Source of the DNA: a virus
Virus record (IMG/VR): IMGVR_UViG_3300022562_000520
Location: 36,294 to 100,293 of that record
Length of the DNA: 64,000 nt
Direction: 5' to 3' (one strand)
The notes under the pieces are model-generated. The model did not search any database and was not told the DNA's origin. It was given only the letters and a program-made list of their open reading frames with translations. Position 1 is the stretch's first letter, and every line of letters begins with the position of its first letter. Shown here piece after piece: positions 1 through 10,291 of this stretch. The translations under genes were made by a program, and so were the position numbers.

Positions 1-3000
1 AATCATAAGCAAGATTTGGAAATGTAGGAACATTGTCATATAAACGCGTTTCAATTTCATAGATAGTATCCCCCAATAAAGTATCAAGGTTTACTTCTTG
101 CCATGCAGAAATTGTTGCGGTTGTTACATCATTTGGATCTGTTCCATTATGCAATCTTCCACCACCCAATAATAGACCTGTTACTTCATTCCATTCTACA
201 TTACCCTGATAATCAGTTTCTTTTATACGTAAAACTTCTAAACTTGGTGTCAAATCCATCCACAACGTTCCATCTGGAAGTGATGATGATGGTTGATCTT
301 CACCAGATTCTGCCACAATATAACGATATAATATGTTAGGTTCACCAGATTTAATTTGATACCAATAAACACCTTCTCTGTTTGATATAGCATCAAAGCT
401 TGTTAAAAATTCGGAAATATTGTCGGGTGGAGACATTGATGATGTTACACCAATACCTCTATCAATAGTTCTAGGATCTGGTGAAGATACTACTAATTGA
501 GAAATAATATCTTTTGTAGCTTGTGTTAATTTATAACTATGACGATGGCCATCATGATGAACAACATCATTAAGGGACAAATTATCATCGACTATTCTAT
601 TAGGAGTCATAGCATTGACAAGATTAATATATGGAAGTGTGGCAATCCAATTTCTAATACCAATATCATTACTACCTTCTACATCTATAAAAGTTGTAGA
701 ATCTCCATATACAAATGATGCTTGATCATTTAATTCGTGTTCTGTTATAACATTAGTAGCAACATAAGAAGATAAATCTAGGATGTTTGCTATTTCTAAA
801 TTTGTAAGTAAAGATATAGCATTTTCACGATAAATTTCTTTAACTGAATTTAGTAACTTTTCATATTGATCGTGGGCAAATTCTATTAATGTTCTTGGTG
901 TAACAGTATCAATAAAAATGGATGATAGTAAATTATCAAAACCATAGTTAAATTCTTTAATAGTTCCACCATATCCATAATTTACGTCATTAATAGGTAA
1001 TAAATTAAACATACCATCTTTAGAGCCTGTATAACCAGGAATCAATGGTTGTTCTTCAATAATTGTTGAAAAATGTGTTAATAATTCGCGGGAATTTAAA
1101 TATTTGCGATTTTCATGTAAATGATTATAATATAATGGATCTGGTATTTCCCAATCACCGATCCACGTGCCTGTAGAAGAAAGATGGTTAATCTGACTTT
1201 GGAACCATTCTTGTGTTGCCTGTGTAATGGCTTCTGCTTCTATAGTATATGTTCCTTTAAGTATTAATTCAGCAGCACGAGCTGTGATATAATCATCCTT
1301 CTCTGTATTATATTCTTCTAATGAACGTACATCCCAATCTACTTTTTCTGGAATATACATTTCATCGTTTAATCCACCTTTCCAAATGGTTTGTAAATTT
1401 ATATCCGTTACATAGTTATCAAATTTTTCAATTTCTACCCATATATTACCAGATACAAATCTTCTATATAATTTATCTAATACAGGATTATACCAATATA
1501 ATCCATCAATAGCACGTAAACGAGAGTCTGGTTCTACTTCACTAACTATAGCTTTAGTATAGTGTTCTGACATTTCTGTCTTATCGCTCCATTCTACACC
1601 TCTCCAAAAATATACAACCTGTGTATCAGGATTATACCAATAATCTTCTTCTTTATTAGCATAATCACGATAGGCATATAAAACACCGTCATCTTCTTCT
1701 AGTAAAAATTGGTCAAATTCATATATGTCATTGACTGAATCATATACTATACGAAATCCAGTATTAACATTAATTTCATATTCCGAGGATGTTCTATATC
1801 CAAAAATTGGATTAGCTTTATATGCTGGCGTTCCATCAACATTAAATATATCAAATAACGGATATTGATTAGTTCTAGTTTTTATCTGTTCTACTTTACG
1901 ATAATTAATTAAACTTATAGCAGAATCACCAACTAAATCATAAGTTTCATCACTTTCTACCATTCTAACTTTATTTAAATGACTACCCAATTCATCAATA
2001 GAAGAAGCACCTACTTCAATAGCAACATTTAATCCAGCATCAACTGGGTTAAAAAATTCTATACCAACTACATAAACAGTTATACCATTTTTATTAGAAG
2101 AAAAGTCAGGATCAGCATCAGGTTGAATTGGTGATGTGATATTTGATATATCACCGCTTATTGTAGCACCTGGTGGAATTCCTGGACTACCGCTGACACG
2201 TATTCTATTTGAATTAGGTACAGTTGGTGGTATAACTTGAAAATCCATAGTTCCAAAATTGCTATTTCCAGATACACGAATTGTATCACCAGTATTAAAA
2301 TATTGTGAGTAATTTCCATCAACTATAAATTCATTCGTATCATAATCTATGGATATAATATCTAAAACTACTTCACCCAATTCATCATATGTTCCAAATT
2401 GGCGTTCTATATCAGTTCCAGCTGCATTAGTAAGGTAAACACGTATATCATCAAAACCATATAATGCTTGACGATTCAATGGACGGGTGTGTCCTACTTC
2501 TATACTATCAGTTAGATAAAATGTTGACCAACTATTTCCCGGTGAACCGACCTTTGTTACGAAATATTTTTGTTGATATGCCGATGTTGTATATTCATAA
2601 ACTTCACTTTGTGGTGATCCACCATCATATCCAAGTATTGGTGTTGCAGAATCTGATATAGCAATATATGGATTATCCACTTGGTGGGGGGCTGGTGTAG
2701 CATCGTCTGCACCAAGAAATAACCAATGCACTCCATAACCTTGCCACACATCATCCATAACGGTTTTAAAAGGATAGATTTCATATGTATTAGGTATTAA
2801 GTTAATAAGATCACCGGTTGAGTTTGGTTTTACTGTAAAAGTAACAAACGTTCTATATGGATGTGTACTAGGGCTTGACTTGTATTCAGAATAATCAACC
2901 GTATATATTGTAGGTGATGTTCCATTACTAATATAAACCTGTTTACCAGCCACGAAGTAATCTGTTAAATCACCATAACGTGTATCAAATATAACTGTTT

Positions 3001-4726
3001 TATTATTAATATCTACACTACTTTCAAGCTCCCACCATGTAATTGGTGCAATTTCTATTGAAGGCGGTTTAATATCTGTAGCGGAGAATATATCATCTAC
3101 TTCGCTTCGATATGACCAGTTGTATAATATTCTTGTCCATTCATTTAATTCTAAATCCCAATCGTATTCAATAATTGGTTGTGTGGCTCGTCTGACAGAT
3201 GCGTAATTTGTAATATCATTTTTATGTACCCATTTATTTTGCGAAATCCACTGATCCATGGCTTCTATTCTTGGTCTTATATCACATGCTTCAGTAAGAT
3301 CCCATAAGGCAAATCCTGTTGTAGCATCGAGTAATAAGTTAAAATTATTCCAAAGAATCTTCCAACCTATTGTAGTATCATACTGATAAAGTCTGTTATT
3401 AGTGGAATCGTGCCATAATTCATCTTGTGAGCCAGCACCAACTGGTGGGCCTGCATTGGTGATACTATCAATGAAGTTTGTGTGGTCTGAAATACCATCA
3501 CTTACAGGATTACCAAAACTATCTATAACATCACCCCATAATGGAATGTTTGGGTTATCATCCCACAAATTTCCTTCATCCCATCCGCCCAATATACCAC
3601 ATTGACAGTTCTTTTCAGCTATATAAACTGAATACTGTTCATTTAATGATAATTCACCACCCAAAACCGTATTATCCGTGACCGCGTTTTTAATAGTTAT
3701 AATTGTTTGTAAATTATCAATATCTGCTTCCGAACTGACGATTTCAATATATGAGTTATTTAATTCAAGGTTGGCCAGATTTCGTATAAAGATAATAAAA
3801 CCTTCTTTAAATAATTCTGAATAGTCACCGCTTTCTAAACCGGATGATGTTACTACTTCTGGTGAACCTTCATATGTAAGAGTATAATTTGACCCGATTA
3901 CAATTTTATCAAACCTGCGAAGTTTTAATGTTCCTATGGAGTTCTCATTAGTGACTAGATCATTAACGGTAAATATAGTTAAATTGTTAACCCCATCATA
4001 TACTGGTAAACTATTAACCTGATGTGCACCATTATTATACGCCGTTCCTTCAATAGTAAAGTATTCATTTTCTGATAAGCTACTGGTTGCATCACCAATA
4101 ACACTAATTTCATTTCCTGAAAAATCTATATTAGAGATTGTATATGATGGTAAGCTGTTTATGTTATCGGCGGGTAACATTTCAACAAGAGGGAAAGTAT
4201 CACCATATTGATTCATTATGCTTTCCCACCATGTTACTCTTGAAGTAGCTGTGGAGCATTTGTTACGAACGGTTATATATTGTGGAAGTTCATTAGTTTC
4301 AGAATCCCAATAATAATCACGATAGTTTATTATTTTATTAATATCGATTGGTGGTGCCCAGTTGAATTTTTGGGTTGCACCCCAATTAGCAAAATCTTCA
4401 AGGTCTACACCCAATCTTTCTAATTCGTGTTGGATATCTTTCCATGAAGCCATGTGTTCTATGGAACCAATTTTATCATATAGGATAGGTTGTAACTGGA
4501 AGGCTTGACGATGAACGTCTTTTTCTTTTATTTGACGTTTAACTATAGCGGAGCTATTTCCTTTACCAATATAACCCGCGACCTTATCTACTTCCTGTTT
4601 AGATAGGTATCTATTAAACAAGTTGCTGAATAGGCTGATATTTGTATCAGACTGATATGGCTCTGGCAGCAAATGTACCAAATCCATAAAAGCTTTTGTA
4701 TAATCTGATTTATTATTGTGCGACAC
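1..4726 (-). CDS. Giant baseplate wedge/virion structural protein, >1570 aa, truncated at the left window edge
   Basis: Absent from the ORF track because its stop lies outside the window. Read by hand: GTG at 4726 after GGAGAA and a late ATAAATA box, giving VSHNNKSDYTKAFMDLVHLLPEPYQSDTN...FNWAPPIDINKIINYRDYYW. Spot-checked segments down to ...EIETRLYDNVPTFPNLAYD at position 2 are in the same frame. Follows the gp6-like gene. Confidence 0.8.
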   Translation of the reverse strand, partial: MSHNNKSDYTKAFMDLVHLLPEPYQSDTNISLFSNLFNRYLSKQEVDKVAGYIGKGNSSAIVKRQIKEKDVHRQAFQLQPILYDKIGSIEHMASWKDIQHELERLGVDLEDFANWGATQKFNWAPPIDINKIINYRDYYWDSETNELPQYITVRNKCSTATSRVTWWESIMNQYGDTFPLVEMLPADNINSLPSYTISNIDFSGNEISVIGDATSSLSENEYFTIEGTAYNNGAHQVNSLPVYDGVNNLTIFTVNDLVTNENSIGTLKLRRFDKIVIGSNYTLTYEGSPEVVTSSGLESGDYSELFKEGFIIFIRNLANLELNNSYIEIVSSEADIDNLQTIITIKNAVTDNTVLGGELSLNEQYSVYIAEKNCQCGILGGWDEGNLWDDNPNIPLWGDVIDSFGNPVSDGISDHTNFIDSITNAGPPVGAGSQDELWHDSTNNRLYQYDTTIGWKILWNNFNLLLDATTGFALWDLTEACDIRPRIEAMDQWISQNKWVHKNDITNYASVRRATQPIIEYDWDLELNEWTRILYNWSYRSEVDDIFSATDIKPPSIEIAPITWWELESSVDINNKTVIFDTRYGDLTDYFVAGKQVYISNGTSPTIYTVDYSEYKSSPSTHPYRTFVTFTVKPNSTGDLINLIPNTYEIYPFKTVMDDVWQGYGVHWLFLGADDATPAPHQVDNPYIAISDSATPILGYDGGSPQSEVYEYTTSAYQQKYFVTKVGSPGNSWSTFYLTDSIEVGHTRPLNRQALYGFDDIRVYLTNAAGTDIERQFGTYDELGEVVLDIISIDYDTNEFIVDGNYSQYFNTGDTIRVSGNSNFGTMDFQVIPPTVPNSNRIRVSGSPGIPPGATISGDISNITSPIQPDADPDFSSNKNGITVYVVGIEFFNPVDAGLNVAIEVGASSIDELGSHLNKVRMVESDETYDLVGDSAISLINYRKVEQIKTRTNQYPLFDIFNVDGTPAYKANPIFGYRTSSEYEINVNTGFRIVYDSVNDIYEFDQFLLEEDDGVLYAYRDYANKEEDYWYNPDTQVVYFWRGVEWSDKTEMSEHYTKAIVSEVEPDSRLRAIDGLYWYNPVLDKLYRRFVSGNIWVEIEKFDNYVTDINLQTIWKGGLNDEMYIPEKVDWDVRSLEEYNTEKDDYITARAAELILKGTYTIEAEAITQATQEWFQSQINHLSSTGTWIGDWEIPDPLYYNHLHENRKYLNSRELLTHFSTIIEEQPLIPGYTGSKDGMFNLLPINDVNYGYGGTIKEFNYGFDNLLSSIFIDTVTPRTLIEFAHDQYEKLLNSVKEIYRENAISLLTNLEIANILDLSSYVATNVITEHELNDQASFVYGDSTTFIDVEGSNDIGIRNWIATLPYINLVNAMTPNRIVDDNLSLNDVVHHDGHRHSYKLTQATKDIISQLVVSSPDPRTIDRGIGVTSSMSPPDNISEFLTSFDAISNREGVYWYQIKSGEPNILYRYIVAESGEDQPSSSLPDGTLWMDLTPSLEVLRIKETDYQGNVEWNEVTGLLLGGGRLHNGTDPNDVTTATISAWQEVNLDTLLGDTIYEIETRLYDNVPTFPNLAYD

Positions 4727-4787
4727 GGCTACACATTCTCCAATAGTTCCAAGTATTTATCTGACTAACATTAGGCAAAAAAGCGCC

Positions 4788-7700
4788 TTATTGACGGATA
4801 TTTTCCGGTGTAAATGACTGAACAATTTCAATGTTCTGCGTAGATATATCAGGTACAAAGATTTCATTTTCACGGGATTGAACTTGAAACAAATCACCAA
4901 ACTGGTTTGTAGAAAAGGTTGGAACCAACACGATTGATTTTATTTCAGGACCAAGTGCGGCATGGATTGAAGCGGACAATTCGGTAAAAAAGAATGTACT
5001 ACCAAAATCCCAATCATCAATGTCAAAATAATCACGAATAACTTCAACGATTCTAACTTTAACTTCATTATCAGTTAAGTTACTGATTTCAGGGCGTATT
5101 ACTTTAAATGTAGCTTGTAATTCTGGAATTGCACGACTTCCAAAAAGTATTTTAAATAAACCAGTTTGTAATATTACCGTATCAGATATCATACGATTTT
5201 CAAGTAGGCTGTCATAGGCCGTTCTTAAATCTAATGGCGTTGGTGCATCTGGACTAATGTCAGTTTTATTTTCGAGCCAACGTGTAACACTTTCATAGTA
5301 GCCAGAAGTAATTATAAACATATCTATAATATTAGACGCAGCTGGATCTACTAAATGAAAACGCGGGGTTGTATAAAACCATGCAAAGTTCAAAGGATAT
5401 CTTCCATGTTCACGTCTATAAAGTCTATTGCGTTCAGAATTTAATAAATCAAGATACCATGCGGAACGAACAATAGCTGTATCCGTTACTGGAACCCATT
5501 CACTTGTTGAAGAATCGCGATTAAAATATACAAACTGCTTAGTACTAATTTGTATAGTCTGTCCTGCTGTAGTTCCATTTACGGTTAAATTTGTAAGTTC
5601 GGTACCTGTAACAGGTTCTATATTAGAAACGGTTCCATAAACAGTCGGGGAACCAAAATTCAATACCGGGGAACCACCAAAAGTTGGTAATAATTGGTCA
5701 TGTGATAGTGGATCATTATATTGACCTATCGGAATAGTTGTATATCCTGGTGAGCCGCCTGTATAAACTGCGCCCGTACCATCGTTTAAAACACTATACG
5801 TACCATTATAGTTACCATATGATGGATCTGTTGCACCATTTTGTATTCTTATTTTTGAACCTATTGGAAAATCTGCGGTAACATCACCTGATACTAAGAC
5901 AGTATCTGGCGCTGATGGTGAACCTGGCATTGGTGAACCAATAGGGTTATTAATAATATTAACATCAATTATATCAAAAACAGGGTATAATCCCCAAGTT
6001 CCTATTGTGGCAGACCCATTGTCATAGTCAAAAACAGTACCATCGACGCTTACCAATACACTATCTGCTTCTGTACCATTTATAAAATATTGTGATGGTT
6101 TTATGAAAGTTACAGAAGTATAATCGTCTGTAGCTGCAAAAGTATCTGTAGAATATAATAATTCTAACTGGTCAATTTGATCTGGAATACCGTCATCATT
6201 AGTATCTGTTGGTATAACAAACAATCTACTATCATCTGGAACTCCAGCATTTGGAAGATTTTGAGCTACTAATTCTTGACCTAAAACGTTGTAAATTTTA
6301 TTTTCAGTTAATACTGCATCCAAATTTCCATTTAAATTGGCGCGTAATATAACAATATTATCGTCATTAGAAGTTAATGTATTAAAGTTTATTACGCTTG
6401 ACGTATTAGCATTTCTAAATTTAGTGCTAACGCTTTGCGCATTCATACGTTTAACTTGCCAACGTACTGTCCATCCTGATAAATTGCTTGCTGTAAATTG
6501 CGCTTCAATTCTTATCATAAGACTTGAAGAAAATGGCAAGCCAGTTGATGGATTTATAGTTGTATTTGGTCCAACCGTCCAGTGTGGTATTTCAACGGTT
6601 GGGCTTCCAACAGCAGTTTGTGATTTAAAGTATAAATCTACCTGTGGGTTTGCTGACGTTGCTGCACTATTGAGTGCCGTTTCTATAAATGGTCTTTCTA
6701 AATCAATATCAAAAGTACAAGGTATTTGCCCAAGAATATTATAAAAATCACCACTACATAATAATGGTTCTACAAGATTGGTTATTACTTCATCCGCAGT
6801 TAATGCTAAATTTGAAATAGCAACGCCACCATTATTAATATCGTCTTCTACCCAAAATAATGCTAAATCTTCACCGAAAATTTTAACATCTTCATAGTAT
6901 TCTTTAGGATCGTGCCACGCTATATACTTAGAATCACCAGCAAACGTTCTATTAACTGCTTGTAATTTCAATATAGAGGGGTCTTGTAACATAAAAGAAT
7001 TATAGTCACGGCCATTAACCATTCTATCCTGTGTATAATAAACAGATGGTGCAACCCTACGAATATGTTCAATATCTTCAGAAACCGAAGCATTTTGTAA
7101 AGAATTTATTAATGAGAATGTAAACTTAAAAGTCTGTGTAGTATTTGTTAGGTCAAGATATGTAAATGATGCCGTTTGATCTACAACAGATGATTTTTGT
7201 ATAATACTATTACTGTTCGCAGAAATTCTGTACCAAATATCAAATTCACCAGAAGGTATATCTGAGAATTCCCCGTCACCAAAAATTAATCGTACTTGGT
7301 CATTATCTAATGTTTCAATTTCATATTTTTGACGATTTTTATCTGTATTAAAAATTATATTTTGCGCATTCGCCAAATCAACTTCGGTCCATTCACCATA
7401 TCTACCAATACCGTCTTCTAAGTGTGGCAATATATCTGCATATGGATTAGTTTCTACGATAACACGTGTACTTGGATCTACATTATTGAGCCAAACATCA
7501 GTTTCATTAATATTGCTAACTAAAATATCGTGGGTTTGGTTTGGGGTAACACCATCGAAAGATTGGGTTACTAATTGTAATGTTCCTTGTTTTGTAAAGC
7601 AGAAAAATCCTGTGGTATCTGAACCATCACCCAAACCATCTGAACCGTACAAAATTGAAAATTTGGCGTTTCTTTCGGGACGTTTTTCTACAGGCGAAGT

Positions 7701-8357
7701 TGATGTCAATGTAACAGGTACCAACTCCATTGGGAATGCTGTACCTGATGATGTTGCAGAATAGTTAAATGTTGAAACTCCACTACCCTTTAACGGTTGA
7801 TTGTTCCAAGTATATAACTCAAACAATACGTCTTCTATCTGTACACGTTCATTCGGTGAAACGGTTCCAAAATCTTGTTCTAAAACACGATTCAATACAA
7901 GTAAAAATTGTTCTTTCCAATCTGGATTATTTAAATCGTTCCAAACTATTTTGGTGTTAGCTAAATTTCTACCTTGCGAATCATTAACTTGTTCTGTAGT
8001 TTGAATAGATGTTATTTTAACTAAACCACGCGCAGCAATATTTCTTGATACTTTATAAGATATTAATTTTGCAAGACGAAGGATGGATTCTTTACGTTCA
8101 GCAGTACTGATAAAGTTTTCGTGGGCATTTAAATCAAGTCTGTAAGAAATGATTTCACCAACGTATGCAAATATTTCAAGGATTGCTATAAATTCACTTG
8201 ATTCAATATAATCGTTAAAATCTTCAGGAAAGTAAAGTTTTACATAATCTAAAAGACTTTCTTTGATTGTATTATAATCGAACGCCGAAAAGTTAACACG
8301 GGTAAATACCTCGTGTGCGCGTGTCCAAGCCTCCGCTCTAGATATTTCTATAGCCAT
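4788..8357 (-). CDS. gp6: Baseplate wedge subunit, T4 gp6-like, with a large central insertion
   Basis: N-terminal DYNTIKESLLDY...DFNDYIESS, ENFISTAERKESILRLAKLISY, LIFGDGEFSDIP and EDIEHIRRVAPSVYYTQDRMVNGRDY are gp6/J-like motifs. ATG at 8357 follows GAGGA. Confidence 0.9.
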   Translation of the reverse strand: MAIEISRAEAWTRAHEVFTRVNFSAFDYNTIKESLLDYVKLYFPEDFNDYIESSEFIAILEIFAYVGEIISYRLDLNAHENFISTAERKESILRLAKLISYKVSRNIAARGLVKITSIQTTEQVNDSQGRNLANTKIVWNDLNNPDWKEQFLLVLNRVLEQDFGTVSPNERVQIEDVLFELYTWNNQPLKGSGVSTFNYSATSSGTAFPMELVPVTLTSTSPVEKRPERNAKFSILYGSDGLGDGSDTTGFFCFTKQGTLQLVTQSFDGVTPNQTHDILVSNINETDVWLNNVDPSTRVIVETNPYADILPHLEDGIGRYGEWTEVDLANAQNIIFNTDKNRQKYEIETLDNDQVRLIFGDGEFSDIPSGEFDIWYRISANSNSIIQKSSVVDQTASFTYLDLTNTTQTFKFTFSLINSLQNASVSEDIEHIRRVAPSVYYTQDRMVNGRDYNSFMLQDPSILKLQAVNRTFAGDSKYIAWHDPKEYYEDVKIFGEDLALFWVEDDINNGGVAISNLALTADEVITNLVEPLLCSGDFYNILGQIPCTFDIDLERPFIETALNSAATSANPQVDLYFKSQTAVGSPTVEIPHWTVGPNTTINPSTGLPFSSSLMIRIEAQFTASNLSGWTVRWQVKRMNAQSVSTKFRNANTSSVINFNTLTSNDDNIVILRANLNGNLDAVLTENKIYNVLGQELVAQNLPNAGVPDDSRLFVIPTDTNDDGIPDQIDQLELLYSTDTFAATDDYTSVTFIKPSQYFINGTEADSVLVSVDGTVFDYDNGSATIGTWGLYPVFDIIDVNIINNPIGSPMPGSPSAPDTVLVSGDVTADFPIGSKIRIQNGATDPSYGNYNGTYSVLNDGTGAVYTGGSPGYTTIPIGQYNDPLSHDQLLPTFGGSPVLNFGSPTVYGTVSNIEPVTGTELTNLTVNGTTAGQTIQISTKQFVYFNRDSSTSEWVPVTDTAIVRSAWYLDLLNSERNRLYRREHGRYPLNFAWFYTTPRFHLVDPAASNIIDMFIITSGYYESVTRWLENKTDISPDAPTPLDLRTAYDSLLENRMISDTVILQTGLFKILFGSRAIPELQATFKVIRPEISNLTDNEVKVRIVEVIRDYFDIDDWDFGSTFFFTELSASIHAALGPEIKSIVLVPTFSTNQFGDLFQVQSRENEIFVPDISTQNIEIVQSFTPENIRQ

Positions 8358-8358
8358 A

Positions 8359-8736
8359 TTAATCCTCAAATTGGATGTTTAATTCAAAATCATCCACCTT
8401 ATTTAATTCTATATAAAACAATGTTGCATTAACATACAACGAGTTAGTATCAAAATCTGGTGTTACAGACATGTTTACCAGATTTATTCTTGGGTCATAG
8501 TCGAAAATAGCCAAAAGTTCAGCATATACTTCATCCACCAAATCTTCATCTAATGGTTCAAACGCTAATTCAGGTATAATACTTCCAAATTCTGGCATCA
8601 TCACACGCGTACCTTTCACTGTAAATATATGATTTAACAGATCCATTTTCACCAGTTCAACATCACGAAGTCTTAAAGACTTGTTTTTTTGAAACTCGAA
8701 TGAGGAATATCCCCTGTAAAGATTAGTGCGTGCCAT
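8359..8736 (-). CDS. gp25: Baseplate wedge / sheath initiator, gp25-like
   Basis: DLLNHIFTVKGTRVMMPEFGSIIPELAFEP...YDPRI is the gpW/gp25 signature. Probable start is MARTNLY at 8736. Confidence 0.9.
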   Translation of the reverse strand: MARTNLYRGYSSFEFQKNKSLRLRDVELVKMDLLNHIFTVKGTRVMMPEFGSIIPELAFEPLDEDLVDEVYAELLAIFDYDPRINLVNMSVTPDFDTNSLYVNATLFYIELNKVDDFELNIQFED

Positions 8737-8786
8737 ATAATAAAATCCCAATACTATCTAATATTTATTTCCTGTCGGTTTAGTAA

Positions 8787-10289
8787 TTATCGGTGCCAAT
8801 TAGGGTTACGATCAATGAGTTCCCCGCGTTCTGATTTACCAACATTTGGGTCATCATATGTAAATTCTGCGGAATTGGTATGGGTATTACCAGTACTGTT
8901 GTCTGTGGCAGATACTTTAGTCATTACCCTTGCCCATGGTTCATGTTCTGGAACGCGATTAGTCCAAAAAGCTTCCTTGGTATTACTGGCACTGGCTGGT
9001 GTTGCAGCAGCAGCTGGTGGTCCATTGAGGTGAATCGCGGAACCAGTTTGCAATATCTGACCACCCGCATTTATATTCGCATCACCATCGGAAGCCAACT
9101 TTAATACACCACCTGTTATATTAGTTTCACTTGAGCCAGTTAAATGTATATTCGTAGCTAATATATTTAAATCACTATCACTTTTAAGTTGTAAATTTCC
9201 AGACTTGGCGTGAAGTCGTACCTCCGTTTCTGAAATAAGATGAATACCATTTTTGGCTTTTACGCGAAATGTATCACCAGCTGTAAAGTTAATATCTTTT
9301 TCTGCATGATATGAAATGTTTCCTTTTGCATAGATATCAATATTACCTGTTTTTTCATCAAGTTCTATCCACGATTTTCCACCTGCTACACTAAGATAGA
9401 TGCGTTCATTAGTATCATCTAAAATAATTTGATGTCCTTGTGTTGTTCTAACACGAATGCGGCAACTTTTAGCTGAGTCACCCATCGATATAGAATGAAA
9501 GCCTGGAGTAGTCCACGAATAAACTTGTGGATCATATGCAAAAACTGTAGTATCGGATGTTAATCCATCTTCTAATCTTGTCTTGTGATATCCATGTGTA
9601 TTCTCTATTTCGTTACCGTCTTTTTCTGTAAATGTTTCCGCTTTATCATCTATATGTGAAGTAAAAAGAACATCATCAGTATCAATAAAAAACGAATCGA
9701 TACCTGCTACACCAATATCTGCACCACGTGTTCTATATTCGTAATTTTTTCGTGGATCAATAGGTATTCCTGAACCAACACTATCTAATGATTTTTGGAA
9801 GGCCATTGTTTGACTATCATATAAAGGTTGAAGTGCTTCTTCTGTTGATGTTAATGGCCCAGAGGGTTCATCTTGTAAACCATTTTCTTTATTATACGAA
9901 TATCTACCATGAGGTAATGTGTGTGGTAAAAATTGATCATGTAAACATCCCAAATAAACGCGGAATTTAGGATCGCCTTCGATACATGCTACTAAAACAT
10001 ATGTGCCGACTTTGGGCACATTAAACATACCATATGCTACAGGCCCAGATGATATATTATCTTCACGGCCACGGGCTAGTGAAGTTGTTGTACCTGCTAA
10101 TGGTGATATTGGTGTTGCCCATGGAATGGTTTTTATTGGGGTATCTTTTGTATCACCAAAATATGGACATGCGATACGAATCCTTCCCATTTGCTGCGGA
10201 TCGTTCGTATCTACTACTTCACCCAATGTTAACTGTTCAAATTCACCAGTAACACCAAGGCCATTGTTTATATCATCAAATATTGACAT
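8787..10289 (-). CDS. gp5: Baseplate central spike/hub, gp5/VgrG-like, no lysozyme domain seen
   Basis: GEVVDTNDPQQMGRIRIACP OB-fold start, PKVGTYVLV, RTTQGHQIILDD, beta-helical repeats and IHLNG end. Confidence 0.85.
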   Translation of the reverse strand: MSIFDDINNGLGVTGEFEQLTLGEVVDTNDPQQMGRIRIACPYFGDTKDTPIKTIPWATPISPLAGTTTSLARGREDNISSGPVAYGMFNVPKVGTYVLVACIEGDPKFRVYLGCLHDQFLPHTLPHGRYSYNKENGLQDEPSGPLTSTEEALQPLYDSQTMAFQKSLDSVGSGIPIDPRKNYEYRTRGADIGVAGIDSFFIDTDDVLFTSHIDDKAETFTEKDGNEIENTHGYHKTRLEDGLTSDTTVFAYDPQVYSWTTPGFHSISMGDSAKSCRIRVRTTQGHQIILDDTNERIYLSVAGGKSWIELDEKTGNIDIYAKGNISYHAEKDINFTAGDTFRVKAKNGIHLISETEVRLHAKSGNLQLKSDSDLNILATNIHLTGSSETNITGGVLKLASDGDANINAGGQILQTGSAIHLNGPPAAAATPASASNTKEAFWTNRVPEHEPWARVMTKVSATDNSTGNTHTNSAEFTYDDPNVGKSERGELIDRNPNWHR

Positions 10290-10291
10290 TT

